Positions 36,826 through 50,759 of a stretch of 60,853 nt of DNA are shown piece by piece. Position numbers and translations under genes: made by a program. Numbering within the stretch: position 1 is the first letter of the stretch; the number at the start of each line of letters is the position of its first letter. The notes below the pieces were generated by a model. The model did not search any database, was not told the DNA's origin, and worked only from the letters and a program-made list of their open reading frames with translations. The stretch covers positions 99,869,760-99,930,612 of the forward strand of contig NC_057718.1 in the NCBI RefSeq assembly GCF_004010195.1. Direction: 5' to 3'. Source of the stretch: Chiloscyllium plagiosum (lineage: Eukaryota).

Positions 36826-38424
36826 CTTGTAGATGGTCCACACAGCTCCTACTAAGCATTGGTGGTGGATGTGGTGCTGATCATGCAGGCTGCTTTGTCC
36901 TGGCTGGTGTCAAGCTTCTTGTGTGTTGATAGCGCTGTACTCATCCAGACAAACGGGGAGTATTCCATCAGACTCCTGACCTGTGCCTTGTAGATGGTGG
37001 ACAGGCTTTGTAGAGACAGGAGGTGAGTTACTCACTGCAGAATCCAGTCTTTGACCTGCCCTTGTAGCTACACTCTCTGTCTCATTGTTCCAGTTCAGCT
37101 TCTGGTCAATTGAAACCTCCAAGATGTTGGTACTGGGGAAGGCAGTGATTGAACATTAAAGGGCAGTGGGTCTCTTATTTGAGATGGTCATTGCCTGATA
37201 CCTGGGGGTGGTGTAAATTTGACTTCCCACCGAGCAGCTGAGTCTGACCCATAACCCTTAGCAAATGGCATCATTTCGAAAGGAATCATGCGCCCAAAAA
37301 AAGAGACAAATTTTTATCGAGGTGAAATAGATTTTCTCACTGGGGGGGTGAAGAACAACAATGTGATTCTCATCCCGTGATGTTCTAATCCTGAATTTTC
37401 CAAATTCCCCAAGACCAGCCTTTCTCCTAATGAAACATCTGGGGCCAGACTTTGTTTTTAATTTCAGGGGCTTGTCAACACCCTTCTGACAGTGCAGCAG
37501 ATCTCAGGAGAGTCTCACACATCTGTGTGACTGAAAATGATGATCCTCCTGTACTTTGAATGTCAGCACCTTATCAGAGAGAGTGTGTGTGTGTGTTTAT
37601 GGATGTGCCTGTCTGTGTTCTCTCTTTTGGATGACTTCCCAGACGTATTTCTGGAGGAGAAATGGATTGCTGAAATTGACATTGTTCTGTCAGTTTCCAC
37701 AGGGTGGTAGAGGGTGAGGGGGCTGGCGGGCACTCGCCGACGTTCTCTGACACCGCAGCCTCTGTTCACTGTGCCAGGTTTCCACGTTGTCACAGATTGA
37801 GTTGGTCACATTCAATGTTTGGTAATGGCGGATTGGCACATGGCGGAGAGAGATTCTGAAAGGTGCTCCATCTCGAGCCATGAAGAAAATTCAAAAGCAA
37901 CGGTTTTACCAAGAAGAGCTGCCTCGACCGAGGTGCACCAAATTGTGAGGGGTAGAGATAGAGTAGGCAGGAGGAACATGTTTCCCTTGGCAGAGAGTTC
38001 AAAAGCCAAGGGGGCCATGGATTCAAACAAAGTAATGGAAGGATTAGAGGGGGACGTGAGGGAAAGCATTTTTACACGGGGGATGGTGGGTGTCTGGAAT
38101 TCACTGCCTGAGTTGATGGTGGGGTCAAACATCCCAAACTGTTTTTAAAAGTACCTGGATCTGCACCTTCAGTGCTGTAAGCTGCAGGGTTTTCGCCGTG
38201 GGATTAGAAAGGGCATCTAGACGTCTTTGATGTGTGAGATGGGCCGAATGGCTCCCTTTGTGCTGTATCATTTCTCTGGTTCTACGATTCCTTCTGAAGC
38301 CCAGGGCGGTTGAAGCTGAAAACACTTTTGAGAGAAGGGAAAGCCAGAGAGGAAGATAGCTGGGGAATGGGAGAAATGGTATTAAAATGAACAACAAAGG
38401 AATTGCATTCATTCAGGTTTTTAA

Positions 38425-38795
38425 AAATTCTTTCACGGGATGAGGGTGAAGCTGGCTATCCCAGCATTTATTTGCCCATCCCTAATTGCGCAGAGGGCAG
38501 TTAAGAGCCAACCACTTTGCTGTGGGTCTGGAGTCACATGTAGACCAGACCAGGTAAGGATAGCAGATTTCCTTCCCTAAAGGACATTAGAACCATAGAA
38601 CATTAGTGAACAGATAGGATTTTCCCAACAATTGACAATGACAATTTTCCCAACAAACACTTAATTCCAGATTTTTATTGAACTTAAATTCTACCATCTG
38701 CCGTGACAGGATTGGAACCTGCATTCCCAGAATATGACCTGGAGCCTCTGGGTTAGGAATCAGCAATAATACCACTAGTCCATTGCCTCTCCCCA
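38425..38795 (-). mobile_element. Second tRNA-derived SINE family sharing its tail with a LINE; other copies ~5760, 21140, 31020, 41310, 49770, 52760
   Basis: Core ...AATGTCCTTTAGGGAAGGAAATCTGC...GACTCCAGACCCACAGCA...GGGATGGGCAA(A)TAAATGCTGG recurs in both orientations. Confidence 0.7.
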
Positions 38796-39689
38796 TGCTA
38801 TCACCATTGAGGCTAGTAAATGATTACATTTCCTAATTGCTGTCTTGGGAGGTGGGTAATACTCTCTGTGCCCATCCCTAATTGCCCCTTGAGAAGGTTG
38901 TGGTAAATCTTGAACCATTGTAGTCCATGCGGTTTCGCTAGACCCACCGTGCTATTAGGGAGGAACGATATGTTTGTTTACTTTAAACAAACATATCTTT
39001 AAACAATCTTTCTTATTTGCATGCACACAGACAATAATTTCTTTAATGCATGAGTATTATTGAGATTGAGTGAACTGGAAGATTAGCACAGAGTAGGGTT
39101 CTAGCCTCTGGGGGCTGGTGAGGGGAATAAATTACAGATGATTCCCAGCAAGGGTAGAGGCCTTTCAGCCCACTGAATCTGTACTGGCCATCTGTCTGAG
39201 CAGTTTAGTTCATCCCACTCTCCTGGCCTTCCTCCTGGTTGTTTTCTCTACAGGAGTTTATCCAGTTCCCTCTTGAAAGCAAACATTGAACGTTCCTCCA
39301 CCACACACTCGGGCAGCACACTCTGGATCCTAAAACCCCTCGCTGTACGAAGAAAGTTGTTACTCACAGCGTTTTGACTTCCTTTGCCAATCACCTTCAA
39401 GCACCTTATGGTTCTTGGTACTTCCACCAATGGTCAAGGTCTCTCCCTCCTTGACTCCGCCCAGACCCCTCCTGGTCTGCGAGACATCGACCAAATCCCC
39501 CCTCTCGGCCTTCACAAATGGAACAACTCCTCCCCCCAGATGCTACTGCCTCGCCAGTATTGGTGAAGTCCCTCATCCGTGGATTGATTCTCGAGAATCT
39601 TCTCTGCCCTCTCGGTCCTTTTCATTAATTTGAGAAAGCCTGGTTACACTGCCTCCAATTAAAGTCCGTAATACCAGCAGTAGTAGGAG

Positions 39690-40142
39690 TAAGCCCCTTG
39701 AGCCTGCTCGACCATTCAATATGATTCCACATTCCCCTCGTGTGCAATTTCCTGCCTTTTCCCCGTAATCCTTGATGCCCTGAATGATTAAGAATTTATC
39801 TCAGCCATAAATATATACAAGGACTCTGCCCCCACAGCTCTCTCTGCGGCAAGTTGTTCAAAGACTCACAACCCTCTGAGAGAAGGGATTCCTCCCCATC
39901 TCAGTGTAAAATCAGTGCCGCTTTATTCTGAGGCAATACCCTCTGGTCCCAGACTCTCCCATGAGGGGAACCATCCTCTCAGCATTGACCCTGCCAAGCT
40001 CCTTAAGAATCTGATATGTCTCAATGAGATCACCTCTCATTCTTCCAAATCTACTCCAGGGAGTAGATCCCAACCTTTGTTCCTAAGACAATCCCTCCAT
40101 CCCAGGATCATCCTCGTGAACCTTTTCTGAACTGCCTCCAAT
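39690..40142 (-). mobile_element. CR1-type LINE 3' fragment (same subfamily as 50940-51435)
   Basis: Shared sequence between the two loci; CR1 C-terminal motifs on the minus strand. Confidence 0.75.
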
Positions 40143-42949
40143 GACATATAAATTCATCTGGGTCAAGGTATCCACATGGAAAGGGGTCCTTCGTTCCAAA
40201 TTAACCTGACCCTGGAACCCCCCCTGTAGCAGAGCTCCCCTAACCTGCAACAGAGGGGACAATGGGGAAACGGTCTGGGGAAGTGTTACTGCACTAGGGT
40301 AACAGAAAAGGAGCCTTTACAGTGGCCTTTCCCTCTTTAACACGGATTGCCTTGCCCAGCTGGGTTCTGGTATTCTTTGGGAGACTATGACTGGCCCTCA
40401 CACAATCGACACTGAGTCAGCACGCTGCGCTGAAGTGGGGGCTGAAGTGTGGGACACAGCAGAAAAATACTGGTTACTCCAAATGGTACTTTCATCGAAC
40501 CTCATTAAATCGGATGATTCATTACTGAACCTTGTGGGTCACTGCCTGTGCAGTTTCTCGTATGACTTGCGAATTTCTGGCCATTAAGAAATTGCAATTA
40601 GTCAGAGTGCTGCTGTGAATTCTCACCCTAGCTTCGGACTCCAAAACCTGAGTAAGTATCAGTACGATAACTGCTTGGGATTTCTCATTTTCAGTACACT
40701 GAAATAAATATTTATAGAAATGTAATAAAGCATTATTAGTGTGAATCAGTGTTTATCACAGATATTTGTTAATGGCTTTTATTTGGTGCTGAAATTACAG
40801 CATTTGATTTTTGGAATTATAAATGATATGAAAGGGTCTTTGCTTAGTACTTTGAAGCTTTCTGTATTTCCCATGTCATTACGGTGCTGTTACTGGATGG
40901 CATCAATTATCCTGGTGCCTCTTTTGTGTCATTAATCCCATTGTCTGTGCCACAGTAACTTTCTGCTTTGGTAGCCTCCTCCAGCCGACAACCAGCTTGC
41001 CCACTTCCCTCAGTTGCTCATCGAATAATTCAAGCTTATTCTCTCTCTTCGGCTGTAGCTGCCCTTTTCATCCTGTTGTCACACAATCGCAGATTGGCGT
41101 CGGTGCACAAGGAGACCATTCGGCCCGTCGTAGCTGCGCCAGGTCTCCAAATGAGCAAAGCGCAGAGTGCGAATCGCCCTGCCTCCTCCCATAGCCCTGC
41201 TCATCCTTTTCAGATAAAACGGCAGTTCCCTTTTGAAAACCTCAGTGGAACTGGTCTCCGTGATGTTTCCCAGCAGTGTATTGCAGACCATAATTTTGGG
41301 AGGCAGAAGTGTCCTGGTATTGTAGCTGGTGATCCTGAACCCCAGGGTTAATGTTCTGAGAATGTTGGGGGTTTGAATCCCACGAGAGCCAATGATGAAA
41401 CCTGAATAGAAATCTGGTTCAATGATGACCGTGGAACCACTGTCAATTGTTGTTAAAGATCCATCAGGTTACCAACATCCTTTAGGGAAGGAAATCTGCC
41501 GCTTTAAATGGTCTTTCCTACATGTGACTCCAGACCCACAGCAATGTGGTTTGCTCTTAACTGCCTTCTGGGCAATTAGAGATGGACAATGGGTTAGCCA
41601 GCAGTCTTCATATTCCTGTGAATAAATTTCAAAAGAAAGCATTCACTGAGTGAAAAAGCTTCCCCTGGTCTCGCTGTCCTTTCTGTTCCCAGTGATGTGA
41701 TATCTGTGCCCTTTTGTGTCACCCTTTCTGACTGGAAGTAGCAGAATTATTAACAATCAGAAACAGGCTTCGATGTTGCTCCCTTACTCTGTAAAATGGA
41801 ACAATGCCAGACACCTTTCAGCTTCTCTCCTTTTCTGTCCAAATTGAAACACCTCTTCAAAGGATAGACCACACCTGTCAATTTCAGTGCATCAGTCGAT
41901 TCCTCTGACTGCGATGTGCCAACTGCAGGAACTATTGGGGGGGTAGAACAAATGTGTAAGGGGCACAGCCTGCTCCTGCACTCATTGCTCTGGTAGGTTA
42001 CTCCTCTGAGGCGGGAAGGTAATTACAGCAGTTTGCAGTGGGCATGGTACAATGTACATTTAAATATCAGTAGCCCTGGTGTTTGCTCTGGCAAGCACAA
42101 TTCTGATTCAGCAACTAATTGCTTTAAATGTGTTTCGGTTCCTTTTCAGGTCACCTTTTTTTGTTTATTTACTCACTCGTGGCATCGCTGGCTAGATTGC
42201 ATTTCCAGTCCGTCTCTACTTGCCCCTTGCCTGGCACATCGATTATAGTGTGTCACATTGATCCCCTCTGCTGTGTGGAGAATCAACCCCTTTCTGTCTG
42301 TGGGTGACTTTGCACACAGAACCCTCTAATAGAAGCCCATCTTCACACTAGAGCTGGGCTGGAGTCCAGAGAACAAAACTGCTGAAGCATTTGCATAGTT
42401 GGGACAATCGGGGCAGTCAATTAGTGTGACATTTGAAATCTCCAGAGCTCAGATTCCGAAAGGACTTGACATGTAGAAAGCACAGAAATCACAAATTGTC
42501 AGAATTCAGGCCGCGGTCAATAGATAATGAAACTGGGATTGTAATAGAGTGTGAAATTTTCTGCTGCGATTGCTTGTTGGTTTTTTTAATAACGCTTGTT
42601 AAAGAAAATCTATTCCGAGAGCTTTAATGCTGGAGCCGTGTCCCATTAAAACCAAGCTTTATAGGTTGTGTTTGTGATATTGTAAAGTGCAAGGGGCACC
42701 CTGTGGGAAGGGAAGCTGAGGATGGTGAGCAGGTGGGTACATCTGTTTCATTCCATTTGAGAAACCCAGACTGAATTCTGAAAGACATGAATCATGAATG
42801 CAATAATATATTAGGCTATTCTGTTTCCATAATGGGTGAGATTTAATGTTTTAATATTTTAAAGGTGCACATGACTATACAACATGCTAGTTACACACTT
42901 CAGTGATCGGCGAGCTGTGGGTTCCGCATCTTGCAGATAGTAAATCATT

Positions 42950-43285
42950 AACTCATTCAGGATGTTAAACACACCTCTGGAGTAGGTGGGACTTGAGTCA
43001 TGCGCTCCTCATCCAAAGGTAGGGGCACTACCACTGCACCAAACAAGCTCTGCTGATATCAATCATTGTTATTTCCAAATCAAACCATCGAGGGGTGGTG
43101 TCACACACCGCTGGGGTAGGTGGGACTTGAACCCTTCATCCACAAGTAGGGACACTACCACCACATGACAAGAGTTCAATCATAGTTATTTTCCTGAACA
43201 AATTGACCAGGGATGGTATGACACACCTCTGGAGCAGGTGGGACACTGACCCGGGTCTCCTGGCTCGGAGGCTGAGACACTACTC
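42950..43285 (-). mobile_element. Three tandem copies of a short tRNA-derived SINE head
   Basis: ACACACCTCTGGAG(C/T)AGGTGGGACTTGA...CACTACCACTG repeated at ~115-130 bp spacing; single copies at ~9125, 13505, 48270, 50020. Confidence 0.7.
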
Positions 43286-44069
43286 ACTGTGTCACAAGAC
43301 CTCCCCTTAGTTTCCCAGCTCAGGGGCTTATAGGCTGTTCTATTGCTCTTTTAGACCAGACATACTTGCATGACCGGGTGTCCAACACAAAACCCAAATG
43401 CTGCCTCTGGAAATCTGCAGAAAGTGCGGAAAAGGTTGGGAGTACTCAGCAGTTCCGACTGTGTCCGTGGAGAGACTGACAGAACGTTGACGGTGAAGTT
43501 TTAACTCTTTTTTCCTCGGCAGTGGCTGCTGGTCTCTGTTTTGTTATTTGAAGGCTCGGGTGATGGGGCAGGGGGAGCTGGGTGCCGATGCTACTGCACG
43601 CAAACGTACCGACTGAAATCCTTCGGCTGTGGAAGAACGATCATTGTTTGAAGTGGACCATTTAGTTTCTCTGCCAAATCAGCTAGAAGGGATCTCACAT
43701 ATGTCAATGATGTCTTTATATCTCCTGCCTGCCTGCCGAGAATCTTTCATTGTTGCTGGATGATTGAAAACACACGTTTTATTAACACAAGTTTCATATG
43801 GAATACAGTTAGTGCAGGGTTTCCCAGGCTGTGGGTGATAGAACAGGAGAAGACCATTCAGCCCTCCTCCGCTACTCAATCCAGATCAGCCCCCCCCCCC
43901 ACCCCCCACCCCCCATACCTCTGATCCCAAGTGGCCATACCTAACTCCTTCTTGAAATCACACAATGATTTAGCCTTGACTGCTTTTTGTGGGAGTGAAT
44001 TACACCAGCTCAGCATTCTCTAGCTGTCGCTTCAGTCCTCGACAGCCTACCCCCATATCCTTAGAATTC

Positions 44070-44355
44070 CTTCATTGTGAAAGCAGGCTATTTGGCCCAT
44101 TGAGTCCACACTGGCCCAGTATTTCCCATAGCTAACCCACCTAGCCTGCACATCCCTGGGTACTATGGGTAATTTAGCATGGCCAATTCACCCTAACTTG
44201 CACGTCTTTGGATTGTGGGAGGAAACCGGAGCAAACCCACACTGACGTGGGGAGAACATGCAAACCCAACACAGACTGTTGCCTGAGGCTGGAATCGAAC
44301 CCAGATCCCTGATGCTGTGAGGCAGCAGTGCTAACCACCGAGCCACCATGCCACC
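44070..44355 (-). mobile_element. HE1-like V-SINE
   Basis: Reverse-complement head and V-domain. Confidence 0.82.
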
Positions 44356-45879
44356 CAGTCTGGCTGCAAACCCCTGGTTCTGGATTCACTAGTCTCCAGA
44401 AACATCCTTCCTGTGCTTACCCTACCTAGTTGTGTTAGAATTTTACAGGTTTCTACAAGATTCCATACCCAACCCCTCCCCCACTATTGTTTTAAACCAC
44501 AGCGAACACCCTAAACGACTCATTCTCTTCTCATATGTGAGTCCTGCCAGCCCAGGAACCAGTCTGAGAAACCCACGCTGCACTCCCTTGCCAGAACGTC
44601 CTTGCTCACTCAGATAAGGAGACCAATGTGTGGACAGTGTGCCAAGTATTCTGTCCCTCCCACCCTGGAGTTGTGAGCTCAGGGCCAGCAGTAGCTACCA
44701 TGGAGGTCACACTGATATTCAATAGTTGTAAGGCCGCTTTAAGTCCATTTGTTTTAAATTGGGTGGGTGGGTATGGATTGCTCTGAGGCCCAATTGCTGC
44801 TGCAAAAAAAACTCCATCAGAAAATAGACGTTGGATTTTTTTCTCTCATAGAAAGCCCACTTTTTTTTTCTGAACTCCTCCCACACTCAACAAGTCTCCC
44901 CCAACAAATAACGCTATCAAAAACCAAAGCCCATTCCTCTCCCCGATAACAGTGGATGCCACCCGCTCCCCCAATCTCTGCCCTCCCAACCTCATGTGCC
45001 CCATGGTTTTTACTCATGGTATATGGAGGCAAGTCACAGATCAGCCATGATCTCATTGAATGGTGGAACAGTCCCAAGGGGCTGAATGGCCTTTTCCTCT
45101 TCCTTTGAGGGCTGGCTGTTGAGGCACTAAGAAGCACTGGCTTAATAGTGAATGCTGCACAAAGGAGCTTTTGAAAAATTGTTATGAGTAGGAAATGGCT
45201 TTTTTTTCCTAAGTGGGTAGCAACTCACACAGCAGATTCATTGCTTAACCTTCCTCCTGTCAACTTGCATTGGATTTGAACAACGGGAGTTAAATTTATT
45301 CTAATCATTCTCGATGCAGCAGATAAACAGTACCTCACCTGCCTGAACCGGGACGTTTTGGAGGCAGGAGCTATTAACTAAACCAGATGTTTAATCCATA
45401 GCCGACGGGAGGTCTTTGAAATTCCTAATGGGAGTGAGGAGACTGGTGTAAAATTGTATTTCTGCTGACATTGAGTTTCTGCTGCTGGAAACACCTTGAA
45501 TTATCTTGTCTGAGAATTGGTAATGTTTTGAGTTTCTTTTTGAACATCGGGAAATATCCATCGGTAAACATGGGAGGCGAGTTTTTGTTTTGAAAGTTGA
45601 ATTGGAAACTAGATCCATCCATCAGCCATGATGTTATTGGAGGATAGAGTAGGCTTGAGGGGCTCAATGGCCCACTGCTATTACTTGGGTTCAGGCAAAA
45701 GAAACAGAAGCTACAAGGGCTGGTGGGGTGTTTAAATTCCTGATGAAGCGCTTATGCCTGAAACCTCAACTCTCCTGCTCCTCAGATGCTGCCTGACCTG
45801 CTGTGCTTTTCCAGCACCACACTCTTCAACTCTGACCTCCAGCATCTGCAGTCCTCACTTTCTCCAAGATTTATAGACT

Positions 45880-46535
45880 CATAGAATCATACAGCACGGA
45901 AACAGACCCTTCGGTCCATCCAGTCCGTGTCAACCATGTTCCCAAACTAAACTAGTCCCGCCTGCCTGCTCCTGGCCCATATTCCCTCCAAACCTTCCCT
46001 ATTCATGTATTTATCCAAAAGTGTTTTAAATGTTGTAACTGCACCCACACCCACCACTTTCTCTGGATGTTCATTCCAGACACAAAACACTCTTAAAATC
46101 GGCCCTCATATCTTTTTTTAAAATCTTTCTCCTTTCACCTTAAACATTTGCCCCCTGGTCTTGAAATCCCTCACCCTAGGGAAAAGACACCTACCATTCA
46201 CCTGATCTATACCTCTCATCATTTTATAAACCTCTATAAAGTCACCCCTCAACCTCCTACACTCCAGTGAAAGACGTCCCAGCCTATCTAGCGTCTCTTT
46301 ATTCCTGGCAAAAATCCGTGTAAATCTCTCCTGAGTCCTCTCTAGTTTAACAATATCATTTCTATAACATGGAGACCAGAACTGGACACAGTATTCCAGA
46401 AGAGATCTCACCAACGTCCTGTACAATCTCAACATGACATCCCAACCCCTATATTCACAGGTCTGAGCAATGAAAGCAAGCATGCTAAACATCTTCTCAA
46501 CCACACTGTCTATGTGAGATGCAAACTTCAAGTAA
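45880..46535 (-). mobile_element. CR1 LINE ORF2 3' part, preceded by a family A Penelope terminal fragment (45737-45866)
   Basis: LRLYRTLVRSLLEYCVQFWSPCYRNDIVKLERTQERFTR...LRGDFIEVYKMMRG. Confidence 0.88.
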
Positions 46536-47019
46536 TTATTTGTTGGAGTCTGGAAGGAATTGAATCATAGAATCCTTACAGTGCACAAAGAGGCCATTCA
46601 TCCCATCGAGTCTGCACTGACCTCCAAAGAGCATCATAAACAGATCTAGTCCCTAACCTATCCCTGTAACCCTGCATTTCCCATGGCTAACCCACCTCAC
46701 CTGGGGACTTTGGGCAATTTATCATGACCAACCCCACCCTAACCTGCACTTTAGACAAGTGAGCCTGTCCTGCAGAGAGCTTTGATGTGTAGGTGCGGGT
46801 GTTGGAGAAGTCACACGGGTTATAATCCAACAGGTTTATCTGGAATCACTAGCTTTCGTAGGGGCTGCCCCTTGGCCAGGTGAAGTGAGAGCTAGCACAG
46901 ACATACTGAGCGGAATGGCCTCTACCTGTGCTGAAATGATTCTGTGAAGGGATCACACACATCTCATCATGTCCAGCGACAACATTCCCCTCCCCACCAT
47001 CCCGGGTCAATATTTCAAG

Positions 47020-47798
47020 CCCTCAGCTGAGAGAGAAAAAAAAGTATTGAAGTTCAGAAAGTGAGTGTAAACTCCCTGTGGAATTGTTTGAGAGGCGGTG
47101 TTTCCGAGCAGCCCAAGCTGGGGATGGGTGGGGGGATGTCTGGGGAATTTGGGGGTGGAGGGGAAGGTGGAGCTTTCGAATTCGGGACGGGGTGTTGCTG
47201 AGGGAGGGTGATGTCCTTTTAACTGCTCCCTGTTTGTGGGTGCCTTTTACAGTAGGTGTCAGTGTTGTGTGATCCTCCCAGTACCCAGGCGCAGTCGGTG
47301 TACATTTGTGAGCCTGCCAGTCAGCCTCTGTCTCTCTGCAGGAGAAAAGCCTCGTTTTATTCCTTTTACAAGGAAAGGGGTGTGTGTGTGAGAGAGAGAG
47401 AGAGAGAGAAGCAGAAACTCTTGACGTCTTGAGAGAAGCTGGAGCGAGGGTGCAGCAGAGAGAGAGGGAGGGGAGGCAGGAGGCAGAAATTCGCTCTTTA
47501 TTTGCCCCCGTGCTCTCTCTCTCTCTCTCTCTCAATCGGAGAGAAGTCGATTCCCAGTCCTCGCACTGGGGAGGAGGGATTACCTGCAAAGGCACTTTGC
47601 TGGCTTTGTCAAACTGGGGAAAAGAATGGTGCAGTTAAAGCTCAGAACGCGGTTCCTGACCGGGGGTGAGGAGGAAGGACCTTGGGAGGAAATCTGTTTT
47701 GAGAATTGAAGCCCCTATCCATTCAGTGAGCCCCCCTCCCTCTCCTCCTCCTCCTGCCACTCTCTCCCTGCTCAGTTTCAGCTGAGGCTGATGCACCC
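47020..47798 (+). promoter_or_regulatory. Probable promoter/5'UTR region of the BTBD3-like gene
   Basis: TE-free, GC- and CpG-richer, GA/CT tracts, TGACGT half-CRE at ~47422, immediately upstream of the ATG; inference only. Confidence 0.5.
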
Positions 47799-48091
47799 AT
47801 GGTCGATGCCAAGGGCAGGAGCATGAAATGTTTGACTTTCTTCCTCATGCTCCCAGAGGCGGTGAAGAAATCTAAGAAGGCATCAAAAGCCAGCCGGCTG
47901 CCCGTCTGCTACGATATCCTCACCCTGAACCAGAGGATGCCAGGAGACACCTCCAGCAGCCACAGCACCAGCAGCAACAAGGGAGCCCCGGAGAACAGCT
48001 GCCCCGGCTCCAACTATCAGCAAAACCTCAACAATAACAACACCATCCAGGCTGGTAACTGGCAGGGGTTGTACCCCACTATCCGAGAAAG
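47799..48091 (+). CDS. BTBD3: BTB/POZ domain-containing protein 3-like, coding exon 1
   Basis: MVDAKGRSMKCLTFFLMLPEAVK...LPVCYDILTL...YQQNLNNNNT...NWQGLYPTIRER matches the BTBD3 N-terminus as I recall it; donor AG|GTAAGA, phase 2. Confidence 0.92.
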
Positions 48092-48477
48092 GTAAGACAG
48101 GAGGACTAGCTTCTCCACTTTACAGACAGCCCTTTCTGGATCAATTCTCTACCCAGTCCTTCATTCAGCATCTGAACACGGAGGCAGCTAACCCTCCAGT
48201 AACAGCAGCTTTTAGATATTTCCTAATTCTAACCCAGCCTGCTCAGTGATGTTACTGCACATCTCTCTAGTGCAGGTGGGACTTTGAACACAGGTTCTCC
48301 TGGCTCAGAGCTAAGGTCGCTACCACTGCAATACAACAGCCCCTTAGCAACAGCATTTAATCCAACTTTTATTATTTACAACCACAGTTCTCTTCTGATC
48401 TGCAGTTGGTTTTAAAACAGTTGACCATTTGTGAAACAGCAAGGGCTGAATTTCTTGCTCAGGTTGTGGCTTACTGT

Positions 48478-48632
48478 TCTGTGTACATGCGTCTGTGTGT
48501 GTGTGTGTGTCTGTGTCTGTCTGTGGGTGAGTGAGTCTGTGTGTGCCTGTGTCTGTGAGTGTGCCTGTGTGTGTATGTCTCTCTGTATGTGTACGTGTAA
48601 GCGTGTATGTCTTTCTTGTGTGTGTGTCTGTG
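48478..48632. repeat. Degenerate (TG)n microsatellite in intron 1
   Basis: Direct. Confidence 0.9.
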
Positions 48633-50759
48633 AATTTTTATTATGGCAGCTTTGTATCACACAGGATGCTGAAAGCAATTTGAGTCTGAGAAACCAGCAG
48701 CTAAAGTGTTTTCTGTTTGGTGTGTAATCAGGCATTCAGTCACAAATGGGTGTTTGTTTGTATTTTGTGTGTGCGTGTCTGATTTGCCTGAAGCCCTTTG
48801 CATGGGGGGGGGGGGGGGTGGGGGGAATGGGGTGGTGGAAGGAGGTAGTTCAGCAATTAGTGGTCCCCATGAATGCCCTGAGAGGGGGAGCTGTTAATTG
48901 AACAACAAATTATTTCAAGTTGTTGTTTGCATGCAATCTTTCCATCATAGCTTTCGATGGAGTCACTGAGGATTGAGATTGTGGAAATCCCCCAGGGTCA
49001 ACTCCCTGGCTTACCCCCAAAACAGAGGCAATTTTATGTCAAGGATAAATGTGCTGTGTTTTAAAATTAAAATCCATTTCAGCAAGAAATTAGGTTCAAA
49101 AATGAGATGGGGAGAAGCGGGCAAACGTTTGGAGAGAGAGAAAGTTTAAACGTTTTGTCCCAGTTCTCTGACAATTAGGTCAGTAACATAGAGGACATCA
49201 GTTTAAAAATTACTGGCTGAAAGATCTGGGGAGAGAAGGGATGAGTTTTTTTTAAACATCAAGGGTTGTTAAGGGACTGGAACGCTTTGGAAGCTCTGTA
49301 AATAATTTTTGAGAGGGGTTTGCATGTCCATGTGACAGTCAAAACGCAGGCATCTGGGTCTAAACATCAGGTGCAAAGGTCTAGCACGGGCTCAATGGGC
49401 CAAATGGTCACTTTCTGGTGGCTGGCAGGAGGGAGAGGGTGGTGGTCTGTGATTCGCACTGAAATAGACCCAGTCAGGAGGGGGATTCCTATTAATCGGG
49501 TTTATGGAGAGGGGTCCTGCGGTTAGGAGTAAAATGGAGCAGTGTGAAAGCTTTCCTTGGATTTCTTAAGATTGAATCCGATGAAATGTCGATGTGGGAT
49601 GTGCTTTTACCGTGAGTGGAGCTTTGAGGGAAGATCTGATTTGCTGGATGTTGTTCCCTTTCAACTGAGGAGGTTGAGGGGAGATTTGATTGAGGATTTT
49701 TTTCCCAACTCTGAGGGGCCTCAATAAAGTGGGACAGAAAGTACCTGGGAGGTGATGGCCATGGAGTTATTGTCACTGGGTCGGGAATCCCCAAACTCTA
49801 TGGTAAATGGTGTGAATCCCACTACAGTATTTGGTGAAATTTGAATCAAATTTGGAATTAAAGAAACAAATTTGCCAAAAGTTATTGCTTTTTAAAAATT
49901 TGCTGATACCCTTTAGGGAGGGGAATCTGTCATTGCTGCCTGGCTGATGTGTGACTCCAACCTGGTTGACTGGTAATGTACCCTCTGGACAGTTGTAAAT
50001 AAAGAGTTCTCTTTATTGGTGAAGTGGTAGTGGCCCAACCTCTGGGTCAGGAGTTCTGGGTTCAAGACCCAACTGCTCCAGAGGTGTGTCGGAACACATC
50101 TAAACAAAGGACAATGAACCTTACAGCACAGGAACAGGCCCTTCAGCCCTCCAAGCCTGCGCCAAACCAGATCCTCTATCTAAACCTGGCGCCTATTTTC
50201 CAAGGGTCTGTATTCCTCTGCTCCATGCTCATTCCTGTATCTGTCTAGATACATCTTAAATGACATTATCGTGCCCACCTACCACTGGCAACATGTTCCA
50301 GGCACTCACCACCCTCCGTAAAGAACTTTCCACACATATCTCCCTTAAACTATTCTCCTCTCACCTTGAACTCACGACCCCTATTAATTGAGTCCCCTAC
50401 TCTGAGGGAAAAAGCTTCTTGCTACACCTCTCATGATTTTGTAGACCACAATCAGGTTCCCCTGAACCTCCGTCTTTGTAATGAAAATAATCCTAATCTA
50501 CTCAACCTCTTTTCATAGCTAGCGCCCTCCATTCCAGGCAACATTCCTGGTGAAGTTGATTTGTTTTTAAATAAATGGCTTCGGGTTGGTGTTCCAAACC
50601 AACAAATGCTGTTCCAGCAAGCAATGCTCATGCCCGTTGAGTGAGTACAACAACTTGGCCTCCTTTGTGGAGCTGTCACTGACCAAGGATCACAGCAGTC
50701 AAGAGAAACTCTTTCACTCAAGGAAGTGGTGGGTATCCAGGACTCACTGCATGAAATGA

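Noticed and set aside
47023..47595. 190-aa minus-strand ORF antisense to the BTBD3-like promoter
   Set aside because: Low-complexity, driven by GA/CT tracts, no recognisable domain
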